A stretch of 63,881 nucleotides of DNA from a virus (lineage: Duplodnaviria > Caudoviricetes): IMG/VR virus record IMGVR_UViG_3300017963_000283, positions 1 to 63,881 of that record, one strand, 5' to 3'. The translations under genes and the position numbers were made by a program. Below, piece after piece: positions 28,129 through 37,366 of this stretch. The notes under the pieces were generated by a model, which was not told the origin of the DNA, made no database searches, and was given only the letters and a program-made list of their open reading frames with translations. Within the stretch, counting starts at the first letter, position 1, and each line of letters begins with the position of its first letter.

Positions 28129-28189
28129 GCAAAAAATGTACTTTTTTTGAAAAAAAATTTAGGAGGCCGGCAACTGCCAATCGCGGGCC

Positions 28190-28227
28190 GTTTCACTGTT
28201 TCACCACGTTTCACAATTTGGTGAAAC
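28190..28227. repeat. GTTTCAC x3 direct plus one inverted copy (operator-like)
   Basis: 28190-28196, 28198-28204, 28208-28214 and GTGAAAC 28221-28227. Confidence 0.7.
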
Positions 28228-28258
28228 CTTGCCGAATAGTGAACAGCCCGACACTACC

Positions 28259-29473
28259 ATGAACCACCCTAAATGTATCGTCTGCGGGTCGCTGGATACC
28301 ATCAATGCCAAAGTTGACCCACACATCCCCCGTTGTAAAAAGCACAAGGACTACCACTTCTACCGCACATGTCCATCCTGCGGCAAAAAAGAGCTGGTAG
28401 CGCACGGCCACACCGACTCCCTGTGCAGGGAGTGCCACTTGCGGGGCCGTACCAAGCAGAAGCACCAGACCCGGGACGAGAATTGCTCTAAAAAGTTTCT
28501 GAAGTTTCTCAGCAAGGCCAGGACCAGGCGGGAGCTGGAGGACCGCTTCGAGGAGCCGGACAAGCTGCTACAGCAGGACTATCCCGGCTACTCCCTGTTC
28601 CAGCAGCGCAATGAGTTTGGCGAGCCGATCTGGATTCTACTGCCGGTTGTCAATGACAAGATCGAGATCAAGCAGCGGGACTGGCGGTACGCCATTGGCG
28701 TAGATGACGAGAGCGATCTCGACCCATACCTTTCGGTGCAACTGCCCAACTCTTTCGTTGACGGCAGGATTCGCATCGTGCCGATCTTTGACGTTCACCT
28801 CGGCCATGTGGCGCATAGAAAAGAGAAGTTCCTGAGTTATCTGCGCTGGATTGAAGAGAATCCTAACATCTATGTAATTCTCGGCGGTGACATTATGGAA
28901 AACGCGTTGGACGATGGCCGGGGCATGTCCTACGAAAGCACGAATCCTCAATCACAGATAGACTTGTGTGAAAAGCTGCTGAGCCGCATCGCCCATAAGA
29001 TACTCTGTTCAACTGTCGGTAATCATGAATGGCGCACGTACAAGAAGTCGGGCATCGACCCGATGCGATTCTTGTGTTCCCGGCTCGAAATACCCTATTT
29101 TGACGGTCCGGTGTTTATGTCGGTTTCAGCCAATTCATATACGTGGCTGTTCTACATCTTCCACGGGCGCAGCAACGCACAGACCAAGGGCGGAAAACTG
29201 AATGCGGCACAAGCTGCCAAGCGATTCACGGGCCTGATTCACTTTCTCGTCTCGGGACACACCCATGACCCACAAGTCAACCCAGAGACGCTAATCAGCA
29301 TCGACTACGAGCATGCTAGGTTGAAATATACAACTCAATGGACGGTAGTTGCCCAGAGTTTCTTAGGCTGGAAAAACACCTATGCCTACCGCGCTGGCTA
29401 TCCACCGCCGGGGCGGGGTGGGGTGACAATGGAAGTATTTGACAATGGCGAGTATAGAGCAACGCTGAAATAG
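28259..29473 (+). CDS. Calcineurin-like metallophosphoesterase with N-terminal Zn fingers
   Basis: DVH, GD, GNHE, HG and GHTH motifs; N-terminal CxxC clusters. Confidence 0.88.
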   Translation: MNHPKCIVCGSLDTINAKVDPHIPRCKKHKDYHFYRTCPSCGKKELVAHGHTDSLCRECHLRGRTKQKHQTRDENCSKKFLKFLSKARTRRELEDRFEEPDKLLQQDYPGYSLFQQRNEFGEPIWILLPVVNDKIEIKQRDWRYAIGVDDESDLDPYLSVQLPNSFVDGRIRIVPIFDVHLGHVAHRKEKFLSYLRWIEENPNIYVILGGDIMENALDDGRGMSYESTNPQSQIDLCEKLLSRIAHKILCSTVGNHEWRTYKKSGIDPMRFLCSRLEIPYFDGPVFMSVSANSYTWLFYIFHGRSNAQTKGGKLNAAQAAKRFTGLIHFLVSGHTHDPQVNPETLISIDYEHARLKYTTQWTVVAQSFLGWKNTYAYRAGYPPPGRGGVTMEVFDNGEYRATLK

Positions 29474-29545
29474 GGTCGTGCATTGCTTCCACTACCCATT
29501 TAATAACTACATTACCTATAAACGGTGCAACTGGATTACCTATAA

Positions 29546-29788
29546 ATGAGCAAGCTGCAAATAGCCGTGATCCGGCTGGACGATACCCAGTGGCACGGCG
29601 ACTGGACCGACTGCCCAGAACTACTGGAGCCGGACACCTGCTATGCCGTGGGCTTCCTGGTGTACCAGGACGACGACAAGGTGGTGCTGTCCGGTGTAGC
29701 CAGTGAGACAGGCAAGCATGCCGGGGTCTGTGTCATTCCGCGAGGGGCGGTGCAGGAAATAGAGGAGGTGTGCCTTGGAGCAGTCTGA
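29546..29788 (+). CDS. Hypothetical phage protein
   Basis: 80 aa; C.AVGFLV..D...VVL...IPRG.V pattern. Confidence 0.6.
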   Translation: MSKLQIAVIRLDDTQWHGDWTDCPELLEPDTCYAVGFLVYQDDDKVVLSGVASETGKHAGVCVIPRGAVQEIEEVCLGAV

Positions 29789-29969
29789 GATATTTAGCCA
29801 GGTGATAGCCGATCTGCAGGACAGGGACCAGCTGGGCTGGAAGAACTACCGCAGGGAACTGACGGCAGATACCTATGACGACCCGTTAAAAGAAGCCTAC
29901 GAGGAGGCGCTGGACCTGGCTGTCTACTTGAAGTGCGCCATACTGCAGCGACAAAACGATGAGACTTGA
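29775..29969 (+). CDS. Small all-alpha protein (possible NTP-pyrophosphatase-like)
   Basis: GAGGAGG RBS; EAYEEALDLAVYL. Confidence 0.45.
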   Translation: MEQSEIFSQVIADLQDRDQLGWKNYRRELTADTYDDPLKEAYEEALDLAVYLKCAILQRQNDET

Positions 29970-30141
29970 CGATCACCCCGGCTGGAAGTGCGTAGAGACT
30001 GCCGTTATCATGGTGTTTGCGCTGGTGTTTCTCTACCTGAATGCCAGCCACTTTGATGCAACTGAATGGGAGACCATGAAGGAGCTCTTGATCGTTGGGC
30101 TTGCGCTGCGGCTGATCGGTCGGGCCAAGCTCAAGCACTAA
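29959..30141 (+). CDS. Small membrane protein
   Basis: Two hydrophobic segments. Confidence 0.5.
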   Translation: MRLDDHPGWKCVETAVIMVFALVFLYLNASHFDATEWETMKELLIVGLALRLIGRAKLKH

Positions 30142-30173
30142 ATCCTACCTAATATTTTTTTTGAAAAAAACTG

Positions 30174-30202
30174 TTTACAATCTGTCCGGCTTATACTAAA
30201 GT
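30174..30202 (+). promoter_or_regulatory. Sigma70-type rightward early promoter
   Basis: TTTACA-N17-TAAAGT; GTG start 7 nt downstream; upstream T8-G-A7 tract. Confidence 0.65.
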
Positions 30203-30209
30203 CTATTTT

Positions 30210-30443
30210 GTGAACAGCAAAGTTCAAAAGAACTCACCTTTACGACGTGCTCGACGCAAGCGCGGGCTGACTCAATTTCAGGTGGCAGTTGAAACTGAGT
30301 TGAGCGTCGGAACTATTCATTATATCGAAAACGGTATCACTCGGAACGGCTCCAACATCAAAACGGTTGCTGATTATCTGGGTGTTGATATGGATACCGT
30401 TTTGGATTGGCACGAATCCATTGATGCTGAGAATGCGGCATGA
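30210..30443 (+). CDS. XRE/Cro-like HTH regulator
   Basis: LRRARRKRGLTQFQVA...LSVGTIHYIENG...VADYLGV. Confidence 0.88.
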   Translation: MNSKVQKNSPLRRARRKRGLTQFQVAVETELSVGTIHYIENGITRNGSNIKTVADYLGVDMDTVLDWHESIDAENAA

Positions 30444-30715
30444 AGGCTGTTCCTGGACTATTCAAATACAATTTGACATCGGGAGCATCTACAGTAGATA
30501 GGTTTATCTTGACTCAACGACAAGTATTCGAACTCGTCAACAGCATGAGAGACGGTGCAGCCAAAGACGCCAGACGCCGCCGCGAATGCAGCACCAGCAT
30601 TGTTCGTGCTTTCCACAACGGCGGCTATGTCAGCTTTGATGAGGCGGCAATGATGCTGCTGGACAAGGCTGGGCTGACGCTGCGTGAGTACCACGCATGG
30701 AGGGCAAGTAAATGA
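30440..30715 (+). CDS. Hypothetical early protein
   Basis: ATGA overlap with the HTH gene. Confidence 0.55.
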   Translation: MKAVPGLFKYNLTSGASTVDRFILTQRQVFELVNSMRDGAAKDARRRRECSTSIVRAFHNGGYVSFDEAAMMLLDKAGLTLREYHAWRASK

Positions 30716-30882
30716 AGCGGCTGTTTATGTGGCTGCTGTTCGGCTTATATCCAGTTCGCTGCAGCTGGTGCGGCAAGCACATCCGCTGGAGCACCGTCAG
30801 TCACTCCCACGGCATCTGCGAGAGATGCGCTGAGGAGTTGATGGAAGCCTACCGGGAGCCGGTATACGGAGATGCGGCATGA
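30712..30882 (+). CDS. Small Zn-finger protein (not in ORF track)
   Basis: CSWCGK...SHGICERC; ATGA overlap. Confidence 0.6.
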   Translation: MKRLFMWLLFGLYPVRCSWCGKHIRWSTVSHSHGICERCAEELMEAYREPVYGDAA

Positions 30883-31054
30883 CTGAACGACATAAAAGCA
30901 AACGAGATTTGCAAATTGACACAGAGACTCAGTCTTACTTTCGCTATTGGCGTTGGCTTGTTTCCAGTACAGCGACAAAGCAGGAGTTTCAGACGAGCTC
31001 CAATTATTATCCAATTTGCGTACCAAATCGACGCAATCTTTCCGGACAACAAAA

Positions 31055-31306
31055 ATGACTGAGCACGAAGGGCAAGCATACCAGGACAGTTTAGCCAATC
31101 TCGAGAACATGCTGGGCATCCGCGAAGAGTGCAGCCACAACTGCTGCGTCTGTGGCCGGGAGACATACCACGAGCCTGATATGTATGGCGACTACTATTG
31201 CAGCGCGGTCTGCTACACCAAAGACACGGGCATCAAGATCACATGCCTGGACTGTGGCAAGCAGAACTGCCGCTGCTGCTGGGAGGATTTCTTTAACGGA
31301 GTTTAA
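31055..31306 (+). CDS. Cys-rich hypothetical protein
   Basis: CCVCG, YCSAVC, CLDCG; start refined. Confidence 0.5.
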   Translation: MTEHEGQAYQDSLANLENMLGIREECSHNCCVCGRETYHEPDMYGDYYCSAVCYTKDTGIKITCLDCGKQNCRCCWEDFFNGV

Positions 31307-31679
31307 GTTTGGCCCTGGTAAGTCATGTGTGAAGTTGATTCAAACAAAGGAGTATCCAGCGTTGATTAAGGAAAAATGGGTAGTACCACAACCAAAATCC
31401 ACCGGATGTTTCGGTGGTCCAGGGCCAATGACTGATTATGCAGACCAGCAATTTCTCGCTGCCTACCAAGTACACCACTCCTACAGCGAGAGCAGGGGCC
31501 GGGACAGCAGTTTCCTCCTTCCTGCTGTCCTGGTCTACCTGGTCTACGTCTACTGCTGGTGCTTAGCCTGGGGGTGGCCGAATGCTTAGCTGGATTGTAG
31601 CTTTTATCGCGTTCTGGACGTTTGAATTTGCTTTTGCCTGCTTCATGGGCGGCTTGCTGAAGCAAGCACGGGAGGCGCA

Positions 31680-31934
31680 GTGTCGCAGCTAGCGCAACAG
31701 CTACAGCCAGAGCGGGAATGGCGCGAGACTTGGCCGCCGGTGGCGCTGCACAAGTCTGATCCGAGGTACTGGCACTGGAAGGGTGTATTCCCCCCCGAGG
31801 TGCATTGTGAAACCAACCTTGGAATGCTTCGGGGCATTCAACTGGATAATCATTTCTATGAGTGCCATGAATGGAACGGACGTTACTGGCGCCGGTTTCG
31901 CAACTGGCACTACATCATGGATTACAACCGATGA
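31680..31934 (+). CDS. Hypothetical Trp-rich protein
   Basis: GGAGG RBS, GTG start. Confidence 0.5.
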   Translation: MSQLAQQLQPEREWRETWPPVALHKSDPRYWHWKGVFPPEVHCETNLGMLRGIQLDNHFYECHEWNGRYWRRFRNWHYIMDYNR

Positions 31935-32128
31935 GTTTTTCGGACTACATAAAACGAGTTTTCAGGTGTGAGGACGAGATAGTAAACGAGCGCATCGAGA
32001 GCGGGCGCCAGCATCTCATCGAGCAGGGCATGGACCCACACTACCGCTACAGGCCGGAGGCCGTGGTCGGTGGCTGGTGTGAGCGGTGCGGTGAGTTGAT
32101 TTGCGAGTGCGAGGAGGAGCGGCTTTGA
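31931..32128 (+). CDS. Hypothetical protein with C-terminal CxxC-CxC
   Basis: ATGA overlap; WCERCGELICEC. Confidence 0.5.
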   Translation: MSFSDYIKRVFRCEDEIVNERIESGRQHLIEQGMDPHYRYRPEAVVGGWCERCGELICECEEERL

Positions 32129-32160
32129 CATCGCATATTCTATATGACGAGGAAGAGGGA

Positions 32161-32358
32161 ATGGCTTGCCTTTATTGTCCTGATTCTGGCTGGGTATATG
32201 GACCGGTGTTTTACGACGATTTGGTGGAAGATGGAGATGATGCACAGCAAGTCGCCGGCCAGTTTCTAGAATTTTGCAAGCCGATTGATCCACGTTCTTA
32301 CGGACTCAAGGAATTGATCCGACAGTACAACCAATTCTTAGAGGTTTATGAGAAATGA
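32161..32358 (+). CDS. Hypothetical protein
   Basis: GAGGG RBS; coupled to the next gene. Confidence 0.45.
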   Translation: MACLYCPDSGWVYGPVFYDDLVEDGDDAQQVAGQFLEFCKPIDPRSYGLKELIRQYNQFLEVYEK

Positions 32359-32651
32359 CCTGGGAGGACTTTTTGCGCACCAAGCCATGTCTCAAGTGTG
32401 GCAGTTGGCCGGTAGAGCTAGCGCATATTCACGGCTTGGTCAGTCCCAAGACCGACCAAGTTATGCCACGGCGTAAAGGCTTGGCTAGGTTCGCAGCTAT
32501 CCCGCTCTGTCCGGGCTGTCATAGGACAGGCAAGGACAGCATACACCGGCTGGGCGAGGATGAGTTTTTTCGGCAACTGGGGCGCCACCAGTGCTATGTG
32601 TTTCAGAAGCTGGTGGGTTACTTGGCTGAGTACAAAGGATGGGCAACATGA
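32355..32651 (+). CDS. HNH-like Zn nuclease (Ref/DUF968-like)
   Basis: PCLKCG...AHI...AIPLCPGCHR.G..SIH..G...F. Confidence 0.7.
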   Translation: MTWEDFLRTKPCLKCGSWPVELAHIHGLVSPKTDQVMPRRKGLARFAAIPLCPGCHRTGKDSIHRLGEDEFFRQLGRHQCYVFQKLVGYLAEYKGWAT

Positions 32652-32666
32652 GAGAGGAGATAAGCA

Positions 32667-33077
32667 ATGAGAGAAAGTGATTTTTTCCCAAGCGATTTTA
32701 TCAAGGCAGATGATCTGGGAAACAGGGAAGTAACACTGACCATCAACTCGGTGGCGCGTGAGGAGTTCAACGACAACGGGCGTAAGGACTACAAGCCGGT
32801 TGTTAGCTTCAAGAAGACGGACAAGCGGCTGGTGCTCAACCGCACCAACTTCCGCACCATAGCCGATATGCATGGAGAGGACACCGACGAGTGGAGCGGT
32901 AAGCCGATCACCATCTACAGGACGCAAGTTGATTTCCGCGGCAAGCAGGTCAAGGCAATTCGGGTCAAGCTGGACGAGCCACAGCAGGCAGAAGAGGCAT
33001 GGCCGGAGGATCCGCCGGTAGATGAGCCGGACGGGTTGGACATCGACAGTATTACCGATGATGACATTCCTTTCTAA
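32667..33077 (+). CDS. Putative single-stranded DNA-binding protein
   Basis: FPS.FIKA.DL, LVLNRTN, acidic tail ending DDDIPF. Confidence 0.7.
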   Translation: MRESDFFPSDFIKADDLGNREVTLTINSVAREEFNDNGRKDYKPVVSFKKTDKRLVLNRTNFRTIADMHGEDTDEWSGKPITIYRTQVDFRGKQVKAIRVKLDEPQQAEEAWPEDPPVDEPDGLDIDSITDDDIPF

Positions 33078-33086
33078 CGACATGAC

Positions 33087-33398
33087 ATGCGCAGGAAGCT
33101 GTCTAATAAAGGGATTTGTGGGTTTTTGCGGGACACAGCTCGGCTTTACAACTTCGAGGAGTTTTCGTTTCTCAGCTGTGGCTGCATCTACTACAAAGTC
33201 ACCGGCAAGGCTGGCCGCTGGACCAGCTGTCACCGCAAGGACTGCGGCAGGTTGGATGCACCACGGACTTGCGCTTGCGGCTTAAATGAGGAGTTGACGT
33301 TGCAGACACTATCAGCGCACAGGCTGGGCGATGCGGTACAAGTGGAAAAGCTGAGGCAGCAGCGACGGCAGCACTACGAGGAGTGCGGGAGGGAGTGA
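33087..33398 (+). CDS. Hypothetical Cys-rich protein
   Basis: Co-directional ORF filling the gap. Confidence 0.45.
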   Translation: MRRKLSNKGICGFLRDTARLYNFEEFSFLSCGCIYYKVTGKAGRWTSCHRKDCGRLDAPRTCACGLNEELTLQTLSAHRLGDAVQVEKLRQQRRQHYEECGRE

Positions 33399-33640
33399 AG
33401 TTGGTGAACATACAGCAACTTAGATATGAAAACGAAGCCCTTCGCAAAGAGCGGCATGAAGGATTTCTGGTTCGAGATGAATTGCGCAGCATTATCCAAG
33501 AGCAGAAGCAGCGCATCAAGGAGCTGGAGAATGGGTTGATTTCCATTCGGAATCGATTATACCCCAATAGCCTTGGAGAATACGATTGGGTTGAGGCTCA
33601 AGATCTTATCACGCGGTTACTAGACGGAGAACAAAACTAA
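33383..33640 (+). CDS. Coiled-coil RIKELE-module protein
   Basis: C-terminus shared with 35822-36340. Confidence 0.55.
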   Translation: MREGVKLVNIQQLRYENEALRKERHEGFLVRDELRSIIQEQKQRIKELENGLISIRNRLYPNSLGEYDWVEAQDLITRLLDGEQN

Positions 33641-34299
33641 TGCCAACCATACCCTACATCAACAAAGCGGGCCAGCGCATCCCCGGCGTAACGACTGTGC
33701 TAAATAACATCGGCTGGGGCAAGAATCCATTGATGTGGTGGGCTTGGAACGAGGGCCGCGAGGGCCGGGACTTCAGGGACACCAGTAAGAAGGCCTGTGA
33801 TGCAGGAACGATCTGTCATGCCATGATCGAGGCTGAACTGAAGGAGAGAGATGTTGAAGCAATTGCGGCAGCATTTGAAGCAGAAGCGGATGTGATGAAC
33901 AAGGCTGAGGCTGGTTACCTGTCCTATCTGGACTGGGCTGAAAACCAGCAGCTAACTGTAATCAAAACAGAGATACACCTGGTCAGCGAACAGCACCAGT
34001 TCGGCGGCACACCGGATGTAATAGCGCGGTACGGCGTGAACCGGAAGCTAATTATGCTGGACTTGAAAACCTCAAACAACATATACGAAACCATGTTATC
34101 CCAGCTGGCAGCCTACGAGCAGCTATGGCTCGAGAACGGCGGTGACAATCTGGACGGCGGCTTGCACCTGCTGCGGGTAGGTAAGGACCAGGCCAGTTTC
34201 CATCACCATTTCTGGCAGTCGCTGCTCGAGGGCTGGGAGACATTCCTGCACGCGCTGGAGCTGCACCGGCTGCAGAAAGAACTAAAGAGGATCATATAG
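33640..34299 (+). CDS. PD-(D/E)XK exonuclease (Cas4/RecB-like)
   Basis: PGVTTVL, GT.CH..IE, GGTPD, LDLKTS, QLAAY. Confidence 0.85.
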   Translation: MPTIPYINKAGQRIPGVTTVLNNIGWGKNPLMWWAWNEGREGRDFRDTSKKACDAGTICHAMIEAELKERDVEAIAAAFEAEADVMNKAEAGYLSYLDWAENQQLTVIKTEIHLVSEQHQFGGTPDVIARYGVNRKLIMLDLKTSNNIYETMLSQLAAYEQLWLENGGDNLDGGLHLLRVGKDQASFHHHFWQSLLEGWETFLHALELHRLQKELKRII

Positions 34300-34301
34300 C
34301 A

Positions 34302-35825
34302 ATGGCTGAACAACGATTTTGGATCCAGGGCAGCGGGGGCGACGGCACAAATGAGTCACCGTATAAGCGCGGTGGCTACATGGTCTATGGCGAGAACTAT
34401 CCGCTCAAGACCCGGCCTTATCCGCGCTTCTGGATGGAGTCTGTGACTGGGACCAAGAAAGTAACCGGCTTACGTCATTGGCCGGAGGTGGTCGAGAACG
34501 TGCTTGAGCCTACCTCATTCGAAATGCAGCTTACCTTAAAAGCCGAAAATGCTTTTGCTGCCGCGACTGTGCCGGTCAAGATTGTCGTAATTCTAGAACT
34601 GAAAGAAAGCTACAGCGGTCCTGTGATCGGCGACCCAATCCGGCTGTACTTTTGGACATGGGCAAATGATGAGCAGGGAGGGCCTGCGCCGGAGCCGGAA
34701 CCCGAACCAGAGCCGGGGGAGAAAAGGCACATCATCTTCTGTAGCGATGGCAGGGTTTACGATGTGCCTGAAAGTGTGCGGCTGGAGGCTGAGCTTAACA
34801 ACGATGTTTCCGGCATCAGAAATGCCGTGAATGTGATGGAGTGGCACTCAGACCTGAGCATGGCTGAGTTCAAGGCCAAGTACTTCTCACAATCAGCTCC
34901 TACCGATCCTGACTGGTGGAAGGTTACTGTGCCGGACCGGGGCGGCTTGCAGGTTGCGCTGTCCTTTGACAACTACTTGCAAGGAAACTACTGGGCGGTA
35001 ATTGATCGCAGTGTGTCTATCGGGGCAACGTGGATTAACTTGTGGGCATGGGATCAAGCAATAGGATCAATTCCAGAGTATCTGGAGTGGATGGAAGACA
35101 TTATTATCTATGCAAAAAAGCGGGATCTGGAAATCATCTGCAAGACAACCGGGGAACCGTCAACGATCACTTTTATGGAGCATTTTTACGATTACGTGTT
35201 TGCCTGGACGATTGGCAACGAACCAAGGCTTGAACCACCCGACCTCAGCATTGAGAACGAAGCAGAGCGAGTCATCCAGCAATGCCAAGCTGTGAGGGAC
35301 GAGTTTCCCAATGCAATTCTCACGGGACCGGCCTGGGCTGGCTGGGAGTCTAGGGATATTCGGCAGGCTTGTCTCGACAAAGGCTTGATGGATATTGTGA
35401 ACTTCGAGTCTTTCGACTTCTATCCTGGGAGCATCAGCTACACCTACGATCCGCTACTTAACAACGAGCGGATGTGGGTCAGCGAGTGGAACGTCCTGCC
35501 TGGTACAAACGAGAGCGTCTTTCGGTGGTGGCTGAAGCGGTTTCAAGAGTTGGGCTTGCCTACTGTCCCGATATTCTTGGGCAACTGGACAGGCGACAGC
35601 GGTGCCAATGCCTTTGCCCTATGGGACCAGGACGGCAACGAAAGAGGCTATCAGGTGCAAGTGCTTAGAGAGCTGTTTGGTGCAGAGCCACCACAGAGCG
35701 ACGATGCAGCGGCTATCATGCGGGCGCTGGTGAGGACGCTGGGGCCGGAGAACCGCGAGGGCATCCTGACACAGAAGGGCATGGAGACATTTGCGGAGTT
35801 TTATGAGCAGGAGAAGGAGAAGTGA
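34302..35825 (+). CDS. Multidomain protein with clan GH-A glycoside hydrolase-like barrel
   Basis: PE-repeat linker; WTIGNEP acid/base and WVSEWN nucleophile motifs. Confidence 0.6.
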   Translation: MAEQRFWIQGSGGDGTNESPYKRGGYMVYGENYPLKTRPYPRFWMESVTGTKKVTGLRHWPEVVENVLEPTSFEMQLTLKAENAFAAATVPVKIVVILELKESYSGPVIGDPIRLYFWTWANDEQGGPAPEPEPEPEPGEKRHIIFCSDGRVYDVPESVRLEAELNNDVSGIRNAVNVMEWHSDLSMAEFKAKYFSQSAPTDPDWWKVTVPDRGGLQVALSFDNYLQGNYWAVIDRSVSIGATWINLWAWDQAIGSIPEYLEWMEDIIIYAKKRDLEIICKTTGEPSTITFMEHFYDYVFAWTIGNEPRLEPPDLSIENEAERVIQQCQAVRDEFPNAILTGPAWAGWESRDIRQACLDKGLMDIVNFESFDFYPGSISYTYDPLLNNERMWVSEWNVLPGTNESVFRWWLKRFQELGLPTVPIFLGNWTGDSGANAFALWDQDGNERGYQVQVLRELFGAEPPQSDDAAAIMRALVRTLGPENREGILTQKGMETFAEFYEQEKEK

Positions 35826-36340
35826 TGACTGAGCGCTGTATTACCTGTGGAAAGTGGTTGAACTGCGATCACGGAAAAGCAAGGGAAGAGATGAAGTCTC
35901 TCCGCAAAGAGCGGGATGATATGACCAAGGAGCTTGTTGATACGATCAAGCTGGCGTCAAGGCAAAAGGGGCGCATCGAGGAGTTGGAGGGCAACCTTGA
36001 GGACGCGCAGAAACTCTACCGCAAGCAAACCGGATGCCTTGCTGAAACAGAGACTAAGCTGAAAATCGAGCGGAAAGCTAACGCAGGGTTACGCATTCAA
36101 AATCGTGATTGCTGGAAGCGCATCAAGGAGCTGGAGCGACTGGAAATAGAAAGAGCCGAGTGTTGCATCGAAAACGAACGGCTGGCAAAAGAGCGGCTGG
36201 AGCGCATCAAGGAGCTGGAAGAGGGCTTGATTTCCATTAAAGAGCGGTTATATCCCAGCAGCCTTGGAGAATACGATTGGGTTGAGGCTCAAGATATTAT
36301 CAGTAAATTGCTGGAGAAGGAGCAGGAGAAGGGGAAGTGA
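35822..36340 (+). CDS. Coiled-coil RIKELE-module protein (Ead/Ea22-like architecture)
   Basis: Three RI[KE]ELE motifs; segments shared with two other genes. Confidence 0.6.
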   Translation: MMTERCITCGKWLNCDHGKAREEMKSLRKERDDMTKELVDTIKLASRQKGRIEELEGNLEDAQKLYRKQTGCLAETETKLKIERKANAGLRIQNRDCWKRIKELERLEIERAECCIENERLAKERLERIKELEEGLISIKERLYPSSLGEYDWVEAQDIISKLLEKEQEKGK

Positions 36341-36909
36341 TGGGTGACAAGCTAAATATGCCAAGGCAGGCAGAAGAACTGTTTCTAGCTGCATTCCAGG
36401 ATAACGGTTGGAGTTGGAAGGGACTGGCTGATTTGATGAGGGAAGTCTTTATTACTAAGGGTGATTTAGAGGAGTTCATTCTGGAGCTGGGTGGAACTCC
36501 AGACAATTACGGAGAGGAGCAAAAGTCGGTGGATTATAAGAAATTTGCTATGAGCGTAGATCCTGACGAGTGGGGAGAAGATTTAGCTCAGCGAGCACAT
36601 CCAATGACCTGCGCGATTGCTCTGGAGAATGCCATTGCCATAGGGGAAATACGAGCTAACGAAAAGTTGAAAGAGCACAGTGAGAGACTGGAGCAAGAGC
36701 GGGATGAGTGGAAACAGGCGTATCAAGGGCGTGCCGAAAAGCTGGGCAGTAGAATTGAAGCACAGAAGCGGCGTATCGCGAAACTCAAGAAAGCGCTCCA
36801 ACCATTCGCTGATGAATATGCCGCTACTCGCATCAAGCCTAAAAATTTGCTGATGCCAATTCGGTATTTCGAGAATGCTTATCAAGTGTTAAAGGGCCTG
36901 GAGGATTGA
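36337..36909 (+). CDS. Hypothetical coiled-coil protein
   Basis: GTGA overlap; ALQPFA motif near the C-terminus. Confidence 0.55.
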   Translation: MMGDKLNMPRQAEELFLAAFQDNGWSWKGLADLMREVFITKGDLEEFILELGGTPDNYGEEQKSVDYKKFAMSVDPDEWGEDLAQRAHPMTCAIALENAIAIGEIRANEKLKEHSERLEQERDEWKQAYQGRAEKLGSRIEAQKRRIAKLKKALQPFADEYAATRIKPKNLLMPIRYFENAYQVLKGLED

Positions 36910-37062
36910 CGGTGAATTGGAATTTGATTGGATTGTGGTTATCGGGCGTCGTGCTTGGTTTTTTTGTGGCATCCATCTGGTTTCGGCATAAATCGGATAA
37001 ATGGCAACCAAAGCTTGCTATTGATTATGAAAAACCAGAAGAGGGAAACAGGAGAAGGGGAA

Positions 37063-37275
37063 GTGACTATTGTTCACGGGCTAGATATGGGCAAACAGGA
37101 GCCTAAGCCTGACATTGAGGGATGGCTGGATGCAGTTGCACACCAGGCACGAAATCTGACGAAATGGGAAGAAGGCTTCATTGAGAGCATCTCCGACCAA
37201 TGGGGGAGATCTGGATTTCTGAGCGAGAGGCAGATTGAAATCCTAGAACGAATTTATGCAGAGAAGGTGCCGTAA
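37063..37275 (+). CDS. Hypothetical protein
   Basis: LTKWEEGFIESI..Q......LSERQ...L.RI; GTG start inside a junction repeat. Confidence 0.55.
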   Translation: MTIVHGLDMGKQEPKPDIEGWLDAVAHQARNLTKWEEGFIESISDQWGRSGFLSERQIEILERIYAEKVP

Positions 37276-37366
37276 ATGGAGCAGGAGAAGGGGAAGTGAT
37301 GTTTGACACTGGGTTGAGATGTACCCTACTAAATTGGGCATATCTCAAATTAACTGAAAAGGGAGG

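Noticed and set aside
33640-34299. CRISPR-Cas system (Cas4-like gene, repeated junctions)
   Set aside because: No regularly spaced repeat-spacer array or other cas genes; this is an ordinary phage exonuclease context
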